NCBI RefSeq assembly: GCF_045037415.1
Contig: NZ_CP173438.1
Direction: 5' to 3' (one strand)
Source of the DNA: Escherichia coli
GTDB lineage: Bacteria; Pseudomonadota; Gammaproteobacteria; Enterobacterales; Enterobacteriaceae
Length of the DNA stretch: 64,000 nt
Shown here: positions 21,502-33,937 of the stretch, piece after piece
How the letters are laid out: each line of letters begins with the position of its first letter
Numbering within the stretch: position 1 is the first letter of the stretch
Position numbers and translations under genes: made by a program
The notes under the pieces: model-generated
Database searches by the model: none
Told to the model about the DNA's origin: nothing
What the model saw: the letters and a program-made list of their open reading frames with translations, nothing else

Positions 21502-22106
21502 TGGCTCTGCATGACGAAAACGTCGTCTGGCATAGCCACCCAGTAACTCTGCAACAACGCGAACAGCACCACGGTCATCGTGGTGTTGTGCTGTGGTTTA
21601 CCGGCCTCTCTGGTTCCGGTAAATCAACCGTCGCGGGGGCGCTGGAGGAGGCGTTACATAAACTTGGCGTCAGTACGTATCTGCTGGATGGCGACAACGT
21701 TCGCCACGGATTATGCAGCGATCTCGGTTTTAGCGATGCCGACCGTAAAGAGAATATCCGTCGCGTCGGTGAAGTGGCGAATTTGATGGTTGAAGCCGGA
21801 CTGGTGGTGCTGACCGCATTTATCTCGCCACACCGCGCCGAACGCCAGATGGTTCGCGAACGCGTAGGAGAAGGGCGCTTTATCGAAGTGTTTGTCGATA
21901 CGCCGCTGGCGATTTGCGAAGCCCGCGATCCAAAAGGTTTATATAAGAAAGCGCGTGCCGGTGAACTGCGCAACTTTACGGGAATAGATTCCGTTTACGA
22001 AGCGCCTGAATCGGCAGAAATTCATCTCAATGGTGAACAATTAGTAACAAATTTGGTACAGCAATTATTAGATCTGTTGAGACAGAACGATATTATCAGA
22101 TCCTGA
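21501..22106 (+). CDS. cysC: adenylylsulfate (APS) kinase
   Basis: 201-aa ORF; P-loop GLSGSGKST. Confidence 0.95.
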   Translation: MALHDENVVWHSHPVTLQQREQHHGHRGVVLWFTGLSGSGKSTVAGALEEALHKLGVSTYLLDGDNVRHGLCSDLGFSDADRKENIRRVGEVANLMVEAGLVVLTAFISPHRAERQMVRERVGEGRFIEVFVDTPLAICEARDPKGLYKKARAGELRNFTGIDSVYEAPESAEIHLNGEQLVTNLVQQLLDLLRQNDIIRS

Positions 22107-22154
22107 GACACCACCGGGTTTCATGCCCGGTTCGTCAAAGTAACAGGATCAGAT

Positions 22155-22478
22155 ATGCGTAACAGCCACAACATTACATTAACAAATAACGACAGCCTTA
22201 CTGAGGTTGAAGACACCACATGGTCGCTGCCAGGCGCTGTGGTTGGTTTTTTATCGTGGCTGTGCGCGTTGGCAATTCCGATGTTGATTTATGGCTCTAA
22301 CACGCTGCTCTTTTTTATCTACACCTGGCCTTTCTTTCTGGCGCTGATGCCCGTCGCTGTAGTGGTGGGGATTGCACTGCATTCATTGATGGACGGAAAG
22401 CTACGCTACAGTATTGTTTTCACTCTGGCGACGGTTGGCATTATGTTTGGTGCACTGTTTATGTGGCTATTGGGTTAA
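22155..22478 (+). CDS. ygbE: inner membrane protein
   Basis: 107-aa ORF with three hydrophobic segments; position between cysC and ftsB. Confidence 0.8.
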   Translation: MRNSHNITLTNNDSLTEVEDTTWSLPGAVVGFLSWLCALAIPMLIYGSNTLLFFIYTWPFFLALMPVAVVVGIALHSLMDGKLRYSIVFTLATVGIMFGALFMWLLG

Positions 22479-22670
22479 TTGTTCTTTCCCGTCTATTCTG
22501 TTCATAATTCAATCCGTAACTAATAATGAGATTATTTTCTGCACGCCCTGGGTATACGTAACAATGGACAAATGTGGTACATTTGCCCGCGTTGTCGCGG
22601 TATCCCCAACAGAGGATGTAGAGTCGTCTTCGGATGCATGGGATGAAGATGCCGTTTTTCAGGGGGCAGG

Positions 22671-22982
22671 ATGGGTAAACTAACGCTGCTGTTGCTGGCT
22701 ATTCTGGTCTGGCTACAGTATTCGCTGTGGTTCGGTAAGAACGGTATACATGACTATACTCGCGTCAATAATGATGTGGCGGCACAGCAAGCTACAAACG
22801 CGAAACTTAAAGCGCGAAACGATCAGCTTTTTGCCGAAATTGACGATCTCAATGGCGGCCAGGAGGCGCTCGAAGAGCGTGCGCGTAATGAACTCAGCAT
22901 GACCAGGCCGGGCGAAACGTTTTATCGTCTGGTGCCTGACGCGTCAAAGCGCGCACAGTCTGCGGGGCAAAACAATCGATAA
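22671..22982 (+). CDS. ftsB: cell division protein FtsB
   Basis: 103-aa ORF; N-terminal transmembrane segment plus coiled coil. Confidence 0.9.
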
Positions 22983-23000
22983 ATCAGCCCGGGAATTAAC

Positions 23001-23711
23001 ATGGCAACCACTCATTTGGATGTTTGCGCCGTGGTTCCGGCGGCCGGATTTGGCCGCCGAATGCAAACGGAATGTCCTAAGCAATATCTCTCAATCGGTA
23101 ATCAAACCATTCTTGAACACTCGGTGCATGCGCTGCTGGCGCATCCCCGGGTGAAACGTGTCGTCATTGCCATAAGTCCTGGCGATAGCCGCTTTGCACA
23201 ACTTCCTCTGGCGAATCATCCACGAATCACGGTTGTTGATGGTGGTGAAGAGCGTGCCGATTCCGTGCTGGCAGGTCTGAAAGCCGCTGGCGACGCGCAG
23301 TGGGTATTGGTGCATGACGCCGCTCGTCCTTGTCTGCATCAGGATGACCTCGCGCGATTGTTGGCGTTGAGCGAAACCAGCCGCACGGGAGGGATCCTCG
23401 CTGCGCCGGTGCGCGATACGATGAAACGTGCCGAACCGGGCAAAAATGCCATTGCTCATACCGTTGATCGCAACGGCTTATGGCACGCGCTGACGCCGCA
23501 ATTTTTCCCTCGTGAGCTGTTACATGACTGCCTGACGCGCGCTCTAAATGAAGGCGCTACCATTACCGATGAGGCCTCGGCGCTGGAATATTGCGGTTTT
23601 CATCCGCAACTTGTTGAAGGCCGCGCGGATAACATCAAGGTAACGCGCCCGGAGGATTTGGCGCTGGCCGAATTTTACCTCACCCGAACCATCCATCAGG
23701 AGAATACATAA
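23001..23711 (+). CDS. ispD: 2-C-methyl-D-erythritol 4-phosphate cytidylyltransferase
   Basis: 236-aa ORF; conserved ispD-ispF pair. Confidence 0.95.
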
Positions 23712-24190
23712 TGCGAATTGGACACGGTTTTGACGTACACGCCTTTGGCGGTGAAGGCCCAATTATCATTGGTGGCGTACGCATTCCTTACGAAAAAGGG
23801 CTGCTGGCGCATTCTGATGGCGACGTGGCGCTGCATGCGTTGACCGATGCATTGCTTGGCGCGGCGGCGCTGGGAGATATAGGCAAGCTGTTCCCGGATA
23901 CCGATCCGGCATTTAAAGGTGCCGACAGCCGCGAGCTGTTGCGCGAAGCCTGGCGTCGTATTCAGGCGAAAGGTTATGCCCTCGGCAACGTCGATGTCAC
24001 TATCATCGCTCAGGCACCGAAGATGTTGCCGCACATTCCACAAATGCGCGTGTTTATTGCCGAAGATCTCGGCTGCCATATGGATGATGTTAACGTGAAA
24101 GCCACTACTACGGAAAAACTGGGATTTACCGGACGTGGGGAAGGGATTGCCTGTGAAGCGGTGGCGCTACTCATTAAGGCAACAAAATGA
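23711..24190 (+). CDS. ispF: 2-C-methyl-D-erythritol 2,4-cyclodiphosphate synthase
   Basis: 159-aa ORF; [12 protein letters not shown] metal-binding N-terminus. Confidence 0.95.
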
Positions 24191-25216
24191 TTGAGTTTGA
24201 TAATCTCACTTACCTCCACGGTAAACCGCAAGGCACCGGGCTGCTGAAAGCCAATCCGGAAGACTTTGTGGTGGTGGAAGATTTGGGCTTTGAGCCTGAT
24301 GGTGAAGGTGAGCATATTCTGGTTAGAATCCTCAAAAATGGCTGCAATACCCGTTTTGTGGCGGATGCACTGGCGAAATTCCTGAAAATTCATGCCCGTG
24401 AAGTCAGCTTCGCTGGGCAAAAAGATAAACATGCTGTTACGGAACAGTGGTTATGCGCTCGCGTGCCGGGCAAAGAGATGCCCGATCTGAGCGCCTTTCA
24501 ACTGGAAGGCTGCCAGGTGCTGGAGTATGCGCGGCACAAGCGCAAGCTGCGTTTAGGCGCGCTGAAAGGTAACGCCTTTACCCTGGTTCTGCGCGAAGTG
24601 AGCAATCGCGATGACGTTGAACAACGTCTGATCGATATTTGCGTAAAAGGTGTACCGAACTACTTCGGTGCCCAACGTTTTGGGATTGGCGGTAGCAACT
24701 TGCAGGGCGCGCTGCGCTGGGCGCAAACCAATACTCCGGTGCGCGATCGCAATAAACGGAGTTTTTGGTTGTCGGCAGCCCGCAGTGCGTTGTTTAATCA
24801 GATTGTTGCTGAGCGCCTCAAAAAAGCAGACGTTAATCAAGTTGTTGACGGCGATGCGCTACAATTAGCCGGACGTGGTAGCTGGTTTGTTGCAACCACC
24901 GAAGAACTGGCGGAATTACAGCGTCGCGTCAACGATAAAGAGCTAATGATAACCGCCGCATTGCTGGGCAGTGGCGAATGGGGAACTCAGCGTGAAGCGC
25001 TGGCATTCGAACAAGCAGCTGTCGCCGAAGAAACTGAATTACAAACTTTACTGGTGCGTGAAAAAGTTGAAGCCGCGCGCAGAGCGATGCTGCTGTATCC
25101 GCAACAATTAAGCTGGAACTGGTGGGATGACGTCACCGTAGAAATCCGTTTCTGGCTTCCGGCGGGAAGTTTTGCAACCAGCGTTGTCAGGGAACTTATC
25201 AACACAACAGGTGATT

Positions 25217-25236
<20 letters not shown>
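24187..25236 (+). CDS. truD: tRNA pseudouridine(13) synthase
   Basis: 349-aa ORF; conserved position after ispF. Confidence 0.9.
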
Positions 25237-26598
<1,362 letters not shown>

Positions 26599-26737
26599 AA
26601 CGTGAGGAAATACCTGGATTTTTCCTGGTTATTTTGCCGCAAGTCAGCGTATCGTGAACATCTTTTCCAGTGTTCAGTATGGTGCCTTGCACGGTAATTA
26701 TGTCACTGGTTATTAACCAATTTTTCCTGGGGGATAA

Positions 26738-27877
26738 ATGAGCGCGGGAAGCCCAAAATTCACCGTTCGCCGCATTGCGGCATTGTCACTGGTTTCGCTA
26801 TGGCTGGCAGGCTGTTCTGACACTTCAAATCCACCGGCACCGGTCAGCTCCGTTAATGGCAATGCGCCCGCAAATACCAATTCTGGTATGTTGATTACGC
26901 CGCCGCCGAAAATGGGGACGACGTCTACAGCGCAGCAACCGCAAATTCAGCCGGTACAGCAGCCACAAATTCAGGCTACTCAACAACCGCAAATCCAGCC
27001 TGTGCAGCCAGTAGCTCAGCAGCCGGTACAGATGGAAAACGGACGAATCGTCTACAACCGTCAGTATGGGAACATTCCGAAAGGCAGTTATAGCGGCAGT
27101 ACATACACCGTGAAAAAAGGCGACACGCTTTTCTATATCGCCTGGATTACTGGCAACGATTTCCGTGACCTTGCTCAGCGCAACAATATTCAGGCACCAT
27201 ACGCGCTGAACGTCGGTCAGACCTTACAGGTGGGTAATGCTTCCGGTACGCCAATCACAGGCGGAAATGCCATTACCCAGGCCGACGCAGCAGAGCAAGG
27301 AGTTGTGATCAAGCCTGCACAAAATTCCACCGTTGCTGTTGCGTCGCAACCGACAATTACGTATTCTGAGTCTTCGGGTGAACAGAGTGCTAACAAAATG
27401 TTGCCGAACAACAAGCCAACTGCGACCACGGTCACAGTGCCTGTAACGGTACCAACAGCAAGCACAACCGAGCCGACTGTCAGCAGTACATCAACCAGTA
27501 CGCCTATCTCCACCTGGCGCTGGCCGACTGAGGGCAAAGTGATCGAAACCTTTGGCGCTTCTGAGGGGGGCAACAAGGGGATTGATATCGCAGGCAGCAA
27601 AGGACAGGCAATTATCGCGACCGCAGATGGCCGCGTTGTTTATGCCGGTAACGCGCTGCGCGGCTACGGTAATCTGATTATCATCAAACATAATGATGAT
27701 TACCTGAGTGCCTACGCCCATAACGACACAATGCTGGTCCGGGAACAACAAGAAGTGAAGGCGGGGCAAAAAATAGCAACCATGGGTAGCACCGGAACCA
27801 GTTCAACACGCTTGCATTTTGAAATTCGTTACAAGGGGAAATCCGTAAACCCGCTGCGTTATTTGCCGCAGCGATAA
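26738..27877 (+). CDS. nlpD: murein hydrolase activator lipoprotein NlpD (LysM + M23 peptidase domain)
   Basis: 379-aa ORF; lipobox LAGCSD; Q/P-rich repeats; C-terminal M23 domain. Confidence 0.95.
   Translation: MSAGSPKFTVRRIAALSLVSLWLAGCSDTSNPPAPVSSVNGNAPANTNSGMLITPPPKMGTTSTAQQPQIQPVQQPQIQATQQPQIQPVQPVAQQPVQMENGRIVYNRQYGNIPKGSYSGSTYTVKKGDTLFYIAWITGNDFRDLAQRNNIQAPYALNVGQTLQVGNASGTPITGGNAITQADAAEQGVVIKPAQNSTVAVASQPTITYSESSGEQSANKMLPNNKPTATTVTVPVTVPTASTTEPTVSSTSTSTPISTWRWPTEGKVIETFGASEGGNKGIDIAGSKGQAIIATADGRVVYAGNALRGYGNLIIIKHNDDYLSAYAHNDTMLVREQQEVKAGQKIATMGSTGTSSTRLHFEIRYKGKSVNPLRYLPQR
27339..27367 (+). promoter_or_regulatory. candidate major rpoS promoter inside nlpD (TTGCGT-N17-TATTCT)
   Basis: Hexamers read from sequence; places a start site roughly 565 nt upstream of the rpoS ATG, matching the known long rpoS 5' UTR arrangement. 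Confidence 0.4.
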
Positions 27878-27939
27878 ATCGGCGGAACCAGGCTTTTGCT
27901 TGAATGTTCCGTCAAGGGATCACGGGTAGGAGCCACCTT

Positions 27940-28932
27940 ATGAGTCAGAATACGCTGAAAGTTCATGATTTAAATGAAGATGCGGAATTTGATGAGAACG
28001 GAGTTGAGGTTTTTGACGAAAAGGCCTTAGTAGAAGAGGAACCCAGTGATAACGATTTGGCCGAAGAGGAACTGTTATCGCAGGGAGCCACACAGCGTGT
28101 GCTGGACGCGACTCAGCTTTACCTTGGTGAGATTGGTTATTCACCACTGTTAACGGCCGAAGAAGAAGTTTATTTTGCGCGTCGCGCACTGCGTGGAGAT
28201 GTCGCCTCTCGCCGCCGGATGATCGAGAGTAACTTGCGTCTGGTGGTAAAAATTGCCCGCCGTTATGGCAATCGTGGTCTGGCGTTGCTGGACCTGATCG
28301 AAGAGGGCAACCTGGGGCTGATCCGCGCGGTAGAGAAGTTTGACCCGGAACGTGGTTTCCGCTTCTCAACATACGCAACCTGGTGGATTCGCCAGACGAT
28401 CGAACGGGCGATTATGAACCAAACCCGTACTATTCGTTTGCCGATTCACATCGTAAAGGAGCTGAACGTTTACCTGCGAACCGCACGTGAGTTGTCCCAT
28501 AAGCTGGACCACGAACCAAGTGCGGAAGAGATCGCAGAGCAACTGGATAAGCCAGTTGATGACGTCAGCCGTATGCTTCGTCTTAACGAGCGCATTACCT
28601 CGGTAGACACCCCGCTGGGTGGTGATTCCGAAAAAGCATTGCTGGACATCCTGGCCGATGAAAAAGAGAATGGTCCGGAAGATACCACGCAAGATGACGA
28701 TATGAAGCAGAGCATCGTCAAATGGCTGTTCGAGCTGAACGCCAAACAGCGTGAAGTGCTGGCACGTCGATTCGGTTTGCTGGGGTACGAAGCGGCAACA
28801 CTGGAAGATGTAGGTCGTGAAATTGGCCTCACCCGTGAACGTGTTCGCCAGATTCAGGTTGAAGGCCTGCGCCGTTTGCGCGAAATCCTGCAAACGCAGG
28901 GGCTGAATATCGAAGCGCTGTTCCGCGAATAA
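27940..28932 (+). CDS. rpoS: RNA polymerase sigma factor RpoS (sigma-S)
   Basis: 330 aa from the ATG at 27940 ([17 protein letters not shown]...); sigma-70 family regions 2-4; reading frame intact, codon 33 is GAG. Confidence 0.95.
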   Translation: MSQNTLKVHDLNEDAEFDENGVEVFDEKALVEEEPSDNDLAEEELLSQGATQRVLDATQLYLGEIGYSPLLTAEEEVYFARRALRGDVASRRRMIESNLRLVVKIARRYGNRGLALLDLIEEGNLGLIRAVEKFDPERGFRFSTYATWWIRQTIERAIMNQTRTIRLPIHIVKELNVYLRTARELSHKLDHEPSAEEIAEQLDKPVDDVSRMLRLNERITSVDTPLGGDSEKALLDILADEKENGPEDTTQDDDMKQSIVKWLFELNAKQREVLARRFGLLGYEAATLEDVGREIGLTRERVRQIQVEGLRRLREILQTQGLNIEALFRE

Positions 28933-28947
28933 GTAAGCATCTGTCAG

Positions 28948-28985
28948 AAAGGCCAGTCTCAAGCGAGGCTGGCTTTTTTTCTTTT
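28948..28985 (+). terminator. rpoS intrinsic terminator
   Basis: GGCCAGTCTC-AAGC-GAGGCTGGC hairpin followed by TTTTTTTCTTTT. Confidence 0.7.
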
Positions 28986-29102
28986 GGTACATGTTGAACT
29001 GTTATCGGATACAGCGTTAAAACTTTATCTGACTGACCAGGGGACGGCACTTTTTAGATGTAGAAGACCGGATAGACGCGTCAGCATCACATTCGGCAAT
29101 CA

Positions 29103-29654
29103 TCATTTTAAGCGCGCAGTAATTGTCGCCACGCGTTCACCATATTTCACGGCTGTATCCAGATCGCCCGTAGGGATTTGCTCTGCACCCGCATCGGCTG
29201 GAGATTGCACCAGCAAACCGACCGAACCGCCCAGATTGTTTACATCTTCCCTGGTTGACGCAAGCACATTGGCAGGAGCCTGACCTAAACTCACCCACAG
29301 ACCGCCATGCTGTGAAGCCAGCGTTTGCAGATAGATCAGCGTAACTTGTTTATCGCCATTCAGGCTGGCGCTGTTGGTGAAACCCCCGAAGACTTTATCC
29401 TGCCATTTACGTGTAAACCACGCTTTGGAACTGGCATCAGCAAATTTCTTGAATTGCCATGGCGCACCGCCCATATAGGTGGGAGCACCGAAGATAATGG
29501 CATCGGCTGCGTCCAGTTTTTCCCACTCCTGCTCAGTGATATTTCCTTCGTTATCAATCGAAATTAAATCTGCATGGGCGCCTTGTGCCACTTTTTCAGC
29601 AACCAGTTTAGTGTGACCATATCCTGAATAATAAACCACAGCTATGTTTTGCAT
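29103..29654 (-). CDS. flavodoxin-like NAD(P)H:quinone oxidoreductase (WrbA family)
   Basis: 183-aa ORF; N-terminus MQNIAVVYYSGYGHTKLVAEKVAQGA closely parallels the WrbA FMN-binding loop; AT-rich surroundings. Confidence 0.75.
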   Translation of the reverse strand: MQNIAVVYYSGYGHTKLVAEKVAQGAHADLISIDNEGNITEQEWEKLDAADAIIFGAPTYMGGAPWQFKKFADASSKAWFTRKWQDKVFGGFTNSASLNGDKQVTLIYLQTLASQHGGLWVSLGQAPANVLASTREDVNNLGGSVGLLVQSPADAGAEQIPTGDLDTAVKYGERVATITARLK

Positions 29655-29878
29655 ATAAATATCCTTTTTACTAATGAATGATTTTTTGAGGCAGGTTTTA
29701 AAGATGTGGAGTATTATGCCTTGCAGATATTATTTAAACCATCAAATGATGAACATATTTTTTGAATGAGATAAACATAATATTCGAAGAAAAATGAATC
29801 TCGTAACGTAGTAATATCTAAAATAACAGTCTGTTCAGAGATGCTATAAATCAACAACACATTAATAAAGGACTACGT

Positions 29879-30922
29879 ATGCAAGGCATTAAAATATATA
29901 CAATTCTAGCCTCTTCTCTTATATCTGGTAGTGTTTTTGCTCAAACGGAAATTTCGACTTCAAATTCGTCTACAGTTAATGCAAGTTATGTTGAACCTTC
30001 AGCGGAAAAAATAATATCGCCAAGCGATAAACTCAATAACCTTTTTGAAAGAAATATGTCTCAGCCTTATATTTTACAAAAAATTGGCGAGAGAACTTAT
30101 TATGTTCAACGCTATTTTTATTCCACTACGTTTTATGTCGGAGACAAAGGGGTTTTGCTGTTTGATGCTCCGGAGGGTCGCGGTAAATATTTATTACAGG
30201 CAATTCGTGATGTGACTCCATTACCCGTAACAGCGCTGGTTTATTCTCATTACCATGTGGATCACATTGGCGATAGTCCATTTTGGAACGATGAGGCGAA
30301 GAAAGAAGGCGTGAATCTGCGTATTATTGCCAGTAAAGCCACTGCTGAAAAAATGCAATTTATGAACAGTCGCTTACCCGTCGCCACTCAGGTTTTAAGT
30401 AAAAAAGATGACCAGTTTAAATTTGAAAAGCAGACCATTGAATTACACCGATTTGTTAAAGCAGGACATACCGACGACCATTCTGTATGGTTGCTAAAAC
30501 AGGAAAAAGTAGCTCACAGCCCGGATCTCCTGAATCCTGACCAACTGCCGATGATGGGCTTCGCCGTATCGGATACGTTGGTTTACCATGACAGTAATTT
30601 GCGTCAGGTTGAAATGCTTGACTGGAAATATTTTATTGGCGGGCATGGTAATATTGGTTCACACGATGATTTTAAATTTCAACGCCAGTTTCTTAATGAT
30701 CTTCGGGATACGACAATTAAAGTCAGAAAAGAAGAAAGTTTTGGTAAATTTATGAATAAAACGGCAAATAATCATGCTGATTTTGCGCGAGCCCAGCGCG
30801 AAGCAATTATTAAAAAAGTAACTGAAGTATTACGTCCGAAATATGGCCATATGTATGGCTACGACGCATCTATGCCTGCTAATATCGAAATGGCAATAAG
30901 GTTGGTCGGTTCTTATTACTAA
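29879..30922 (+). CDS. secreted metallo-beta-lactamase-fold hydrolase
   Basis: 347-aa ORF; signal peptide (ILASSLISGSVFAQ); HYHVDH zinc-binding motif; markedly AT-rich versus flanking core genes. Confidence 0.75.
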   Translation: MQGIKIYTILASSLISGSVFAQTEISTSNSSTVNASYVEPSAEKIISPSDKLNNLFERNMSQPYILQKIGERTYYVQRYFYSTTFYVGDKGVLLFDAPEGRGKYLLQAIRDVTPLPVTALVYSHYHVDHIGDSPFWNDEAKKEGVNLRIIASKATAEKMQFMNSRLPVATQVLSKKDDQFKFEKQTIELHRFVKAGHTDDHSVWLLKQEKVAHSPDLLNPDQLPMMGFAVSDTLVYHDSNLRQVEMLDWKYFIGGHGNIGSHDDFKFQRQFLNDLRDTTIKVRKEESFGKFMNKTANNHADFARAQREAIIKKVTEVLRPKYGHMYGYDASMPANIEMAIRLVGSYY

Positions 30923-30969
30923 GATAAAATCAACTTGCAAGAGACTGTAATTATATTGCAAAGTGAAAA

Positions 30970-31002
30970 TTAACCTCGGTAGCGAGATATTACCGAGGTT
31001 AA
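30970..31002. terminator. bidirectional hairpin between convergent MBL-fold gene and ygbN
   Basis: Perfect 12-bp inverted repeat TTAACCTCGGTA / TACCGAGGTTAA with 9-nt loop. Confidence 0.5.
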
Positions 31003-31064
31003 TATTGGCATACATTACACCCTTATCAGGCACTTAAACGATACATCATATCTTATCTGGATTA

Positions 31065-32429
31065 TTAGATGACGAGCCATACGCACCAGGTAATTAAGAA
31101 TCCGGTAAAACCGAGAATGGTCGTTAACACTGTCCAGGTTTTCAGACCGTCTGCTACCGACAACCCCAGATATTTGGTCACAATCCAGAACCCTGAGTCA
31201 TTAATATGTGACGCGCCAAGCCCACCAAAGCAGGCTGCCAGCGTCACCAATACGCACTGAATTGGATTCAATCCCATCACCGCTTCTGAGAGTAACCCGC
31301 CGGTTGTCAGGATTGCTACGGTTGCTGACCCCTGCGATGCACGCAGCGCCAGTGAAATAATAAATGCGGCTGGTAACAGAGGCAGGTCAATCATTTGTAA
31401 CATGTTGGCAAGGGCTTTACCGACGCCCGATTCCACCAGCACTTTGCCAAATACCCCTCCAGCACCAGTAACCAAAATCACTACCGCCGCAGTGGGAAGG
31501 GCAGAGCCCATAATGTCGCTGGTGTGTTGTAAGCTCCAGCCGCGACGTAAAGCCAATAACCAGAATGCCAGCACCAGCGCAATCATTAGAGCTACCATTG
31601 GTGAGCCGATCAACTGTAGCGTACCAAGCAGGGGATGCGAAGGCGGCATCAGTGTTGCAGAAACCGTTCCCGCCATGATAATCGCGATAGGAATAACAAT
31701 TAGCGAGGTGACTAACGCGACGCCCGGTGGATTTATTTTATCGCTTAATTTTGTCGCGCCTTCCTCACTGGCCGGAGCCAGTTGCATCTGTTCCAGTACC
31801 TCGACCGACATCGCATATTGGCGCTTATTGATTATTTTCGCTGCAAAGTAGCCAACAATCCCTACGGGAATAGAAATCGCAATACCGATGATGGTTAGCC
31901 AGCCGATGTCTGCGTGGAGTAATCCCGCTGCGGCGACAGGGCCTGGATGCGGCGGTACCGCCACGTGAACAGTGAGCATGATCCCAGCGACAGGCAGGCC
32001 AAATTTGAGTGGTGATATTTTGGCAACCTTGGCAAAACCGTAAATGATTGGCGCAAGAATAATAAAGCCGACATCAAAGAAGACGGGAATGCCGAGGAAG
32101 AACGCTGCCAGAGTCAGCGCAGCGATAGTTCGTTTGTCACCTAACTTGCGACTGAAATAATTAGCCAGTGACTCTGCACCACCAGAGTGTTCGATCATAC
32201 GCCCCAGCATAGCGCCAAGACCAATAATAATAGTGACGGAACCAAGCACACCGCCCATCCCGGCGATCATCACTTTACCCACTTCGCCCGCCGGTATACC
32301 CGCCGCAAGTGCGACTAACAGGCTGACGAGGAGCAGAGCAACGAATGGTTGTACCTTTGCCTTGATGACCAGTAGCAACAGCATGATTACGCCAGCTAAC
32401 GCAATGCATAACAATGTAATTGTGGACAT
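31065..32429 (-). CDS. ygbN: GntP-family acid-sugar permease
   Basis: 454-aa highly hydrophobic ORF. Confidence 0.9.
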   Translation of the reverse strand: MSTITLLCIALAGVIMLLLLVIKAKVQPFVALLLVSLLVALAAGIPAGEVGKVMIAGMGGVLGSVTIIIGLGAMLGRMIEHSGGAESLANYFSRKLGDKRTIAALTLAAFFLGIPVFFDVGFIILAPIIYGFAKVAKISPLKFGLPVAGIMLTVHVAVPPHPGPVAAAGLLHADIGWLTIIGIAISIPVGIVGYFAAKIINKRQYAMSVEVLEQMQLAPASEEGATKLSDKINPPGVALVTSLIVIPIAIIMAGTVSATLMPPSHPLLGTLQLIGSPMVALMIALVLAFWLLALRRGWSLQHTSDIMGSALPTAAVVILVTGAGGVFGKVLVESGVGKALANMLQMIDLPLLPAAFIISLALRASQGSATVAILTTGGLLSEAVMGLNPIQCVLVTLAACFGGLGASHINDSGFWIVTKYLGLSVADGLKTWTVLTTILGFTGFLITWCVWLVI

Positions 32430-32517
32430 GGGAAACCCTGTCTGAAAGTTATAGTTAACCTACCCCATCCGTAGATGGGGGGATGTATGGGTACGTTGTA
32501 ATTAGGGATTGAGCGAA

Positions 32518-33294
32518 TTAGCGCCAGGCGTCAAACCAGCCAAGCCCTTCTTTGGTGAGGCCACGAGGTTTGTATTCACAACCGATCCAGCCCTGATATC
32601 CCACTTCATCGAACAGGCGGAACAGCCACGGATAGTTGATTTCTCCATCGTCCGGTTCATGTCGATCAGGTAGTCCGGCAATTTGTACGTGCGCATATTT
32701 CCCGGCGTAGTTGCGGATTAAATGTGTCAGGTTGCCATCTACTTTTTGCGCATGGAAAGTATCTAGTTGAATAAACACGTTATCTCGCGCAACCTCTTCA
32801 ACAATAGCCAGTGCCTGATACTGGCTGGAGAAGAGATAATGAGGCTTAACGCCGGGGCTGAGTGCTTCAACCAATATTCGCTTGCCGTGTGGCGCAAAGC
32901 GGTCGGCAGCGTAGCGGAGATTATCAATAAATACTGCCCGGTACCGTTCAGCATCTTCGCCAGCGGGCACGACGCCTGCCATCACATGGACTTGTTCACA
33001 ATTGAGCGCCAATGCATATTCCAGTGCCAGGTCGATGTCTGCGCGTGCTTCGTGCTCACGTCCGGGAAGGGCGGATAATCCCCATTCTCCCGCATTAATA
33101 TCTCCGGGAGCGGTATTGAACAGCGCCAGTGTCAGATGGTTTTGCACCAGTTGCTGCTGGATTTGCTGGGGGGAGTAGTCATAGGGAAACAGAAACTCCA
33201 CAGCATCGAACCCGGCTTTTCGCGCTGCGGCGAAGCGTTCAATAAAAGGCACTTCGGTGAACATCATGGATAAATTAGCTGCAAAACGAGGCAT
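32518..33294 (-). CDS. ygbM: 2-oxo-tetronate isomerase (xylose-isomerase-like TIM barrel; OtnI)
   Basis: 258-aa ORF; hydroxypyruvate-isomerase family; operon position ygbJKLMN. Confidence 0.85.
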   Translation of the reverse strand: MPRFAANLSMMFTEVPFIERFAAARKAGFDAVEFLFPYDYSPQQIQQQLVQNHLTLALFNTAPGDINAGEWGLSALPGREHEARADIDLALEYALALNCEQVHVMAGVVPAGEDAERYRAVFIDNLRYAADRFAPHGKRILVEALSPGVKPHYLFSSQYQALAIVEEVARDNVFIQLDTFHAQKVDGNLTHLIRNYAGKYAHVQIAGLPDRHEPDDGEINYPWLFRLFDEVGYQGWIGCEYKPRGLTKEGLGWFDAWR

Positions 33295-33298
33295 TGCA

Positions 33299-33937
33299 TT
33301 AACTCCTTAATTCCGCAATTTCACCTGCGGTCAGATAACGGATCGGGCGGTCACCGAGAATAAAAATCAGCTTTGCCGTTTCCTCCAGCTCTTCCATATT
33401 GTTGGCGGCTTCTTGCAGGCTTTCACCGCAAACCACTGGGCCATGATTTGCCAGTAAAAAAGCCTGATTGTCTGCTGCCAGTTCCGCCAGATCCTGTGCG
33501 ATGCGTTTATCGCCCGGTCGGTAATAGGGCACCAGCGGGACGTTTCCCATCCGCATCACCACGTATGGTGTGAACGGACGAATAACGTTATTGCTGTCCA
33601 GCCCTTCCAGGCAGGAAAGCGCCGTCGACCACGTACTGTGCAAATGCACCACCGCTTTACAGAGCGGATTGTTGCGATACAGCGCCAGATGAAAGAGCAC
33701 CTCTTTCGAGGGGTTGTCACCACTTAACCATTCGCCATCCGCGGTGACTTTGGAAAGCCGCTGCGGATCGAGATTGCCCAGGCATGAACCTGTCGGTGTC
33801 GCCAGTAAATTCCCGTCAGGTAAAAGCAGCGACAGATTGCCAGCCGAACCGGTTGCATATCCGCGCTGAAAGAATGAACTGGCAATCCGCGTCATCTCCT
33901 CTCGCAAAGACTGCTCTACTTTTGCGAAATCGCTCAT
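33299..33937 (-). CDS. ygbL: 3-oxo-tetronate 4-phosphate decarboxylase (class II aldolase fold; OtnC)
   Basis: 212-aa ORF; class II aldolase/adducin family. Confidence 0.85.
   Translation of the reverse strand: MSDFAKVEQSLREEMTRIASSFFQRGYATGSAGNLSLLLPDGNLLATPTGSCLGNLDPQRLSKVTADGEWLSGDNPSKEVLFHLALYRNNPLCKAVVHLHSTWSTALSCLEGLDSNNVIRPFTPYVVMRMGNVPLVPYYRPGDKRIAQDLAELAADNQAFLLANHGPVVCGESLQEAANNMEELEETAKLIFILGDRPIRYLTAGEIAELRS

Noticed and set aside
32430-32517. Short hairpin CCCCATC-CGTA-GATGGGG between ygbM and ygbN
   Set aside because: Seven-bp stem with no T-tract inside an apparent operon; likely an RNA-processing or stability element at most, not a terminator.
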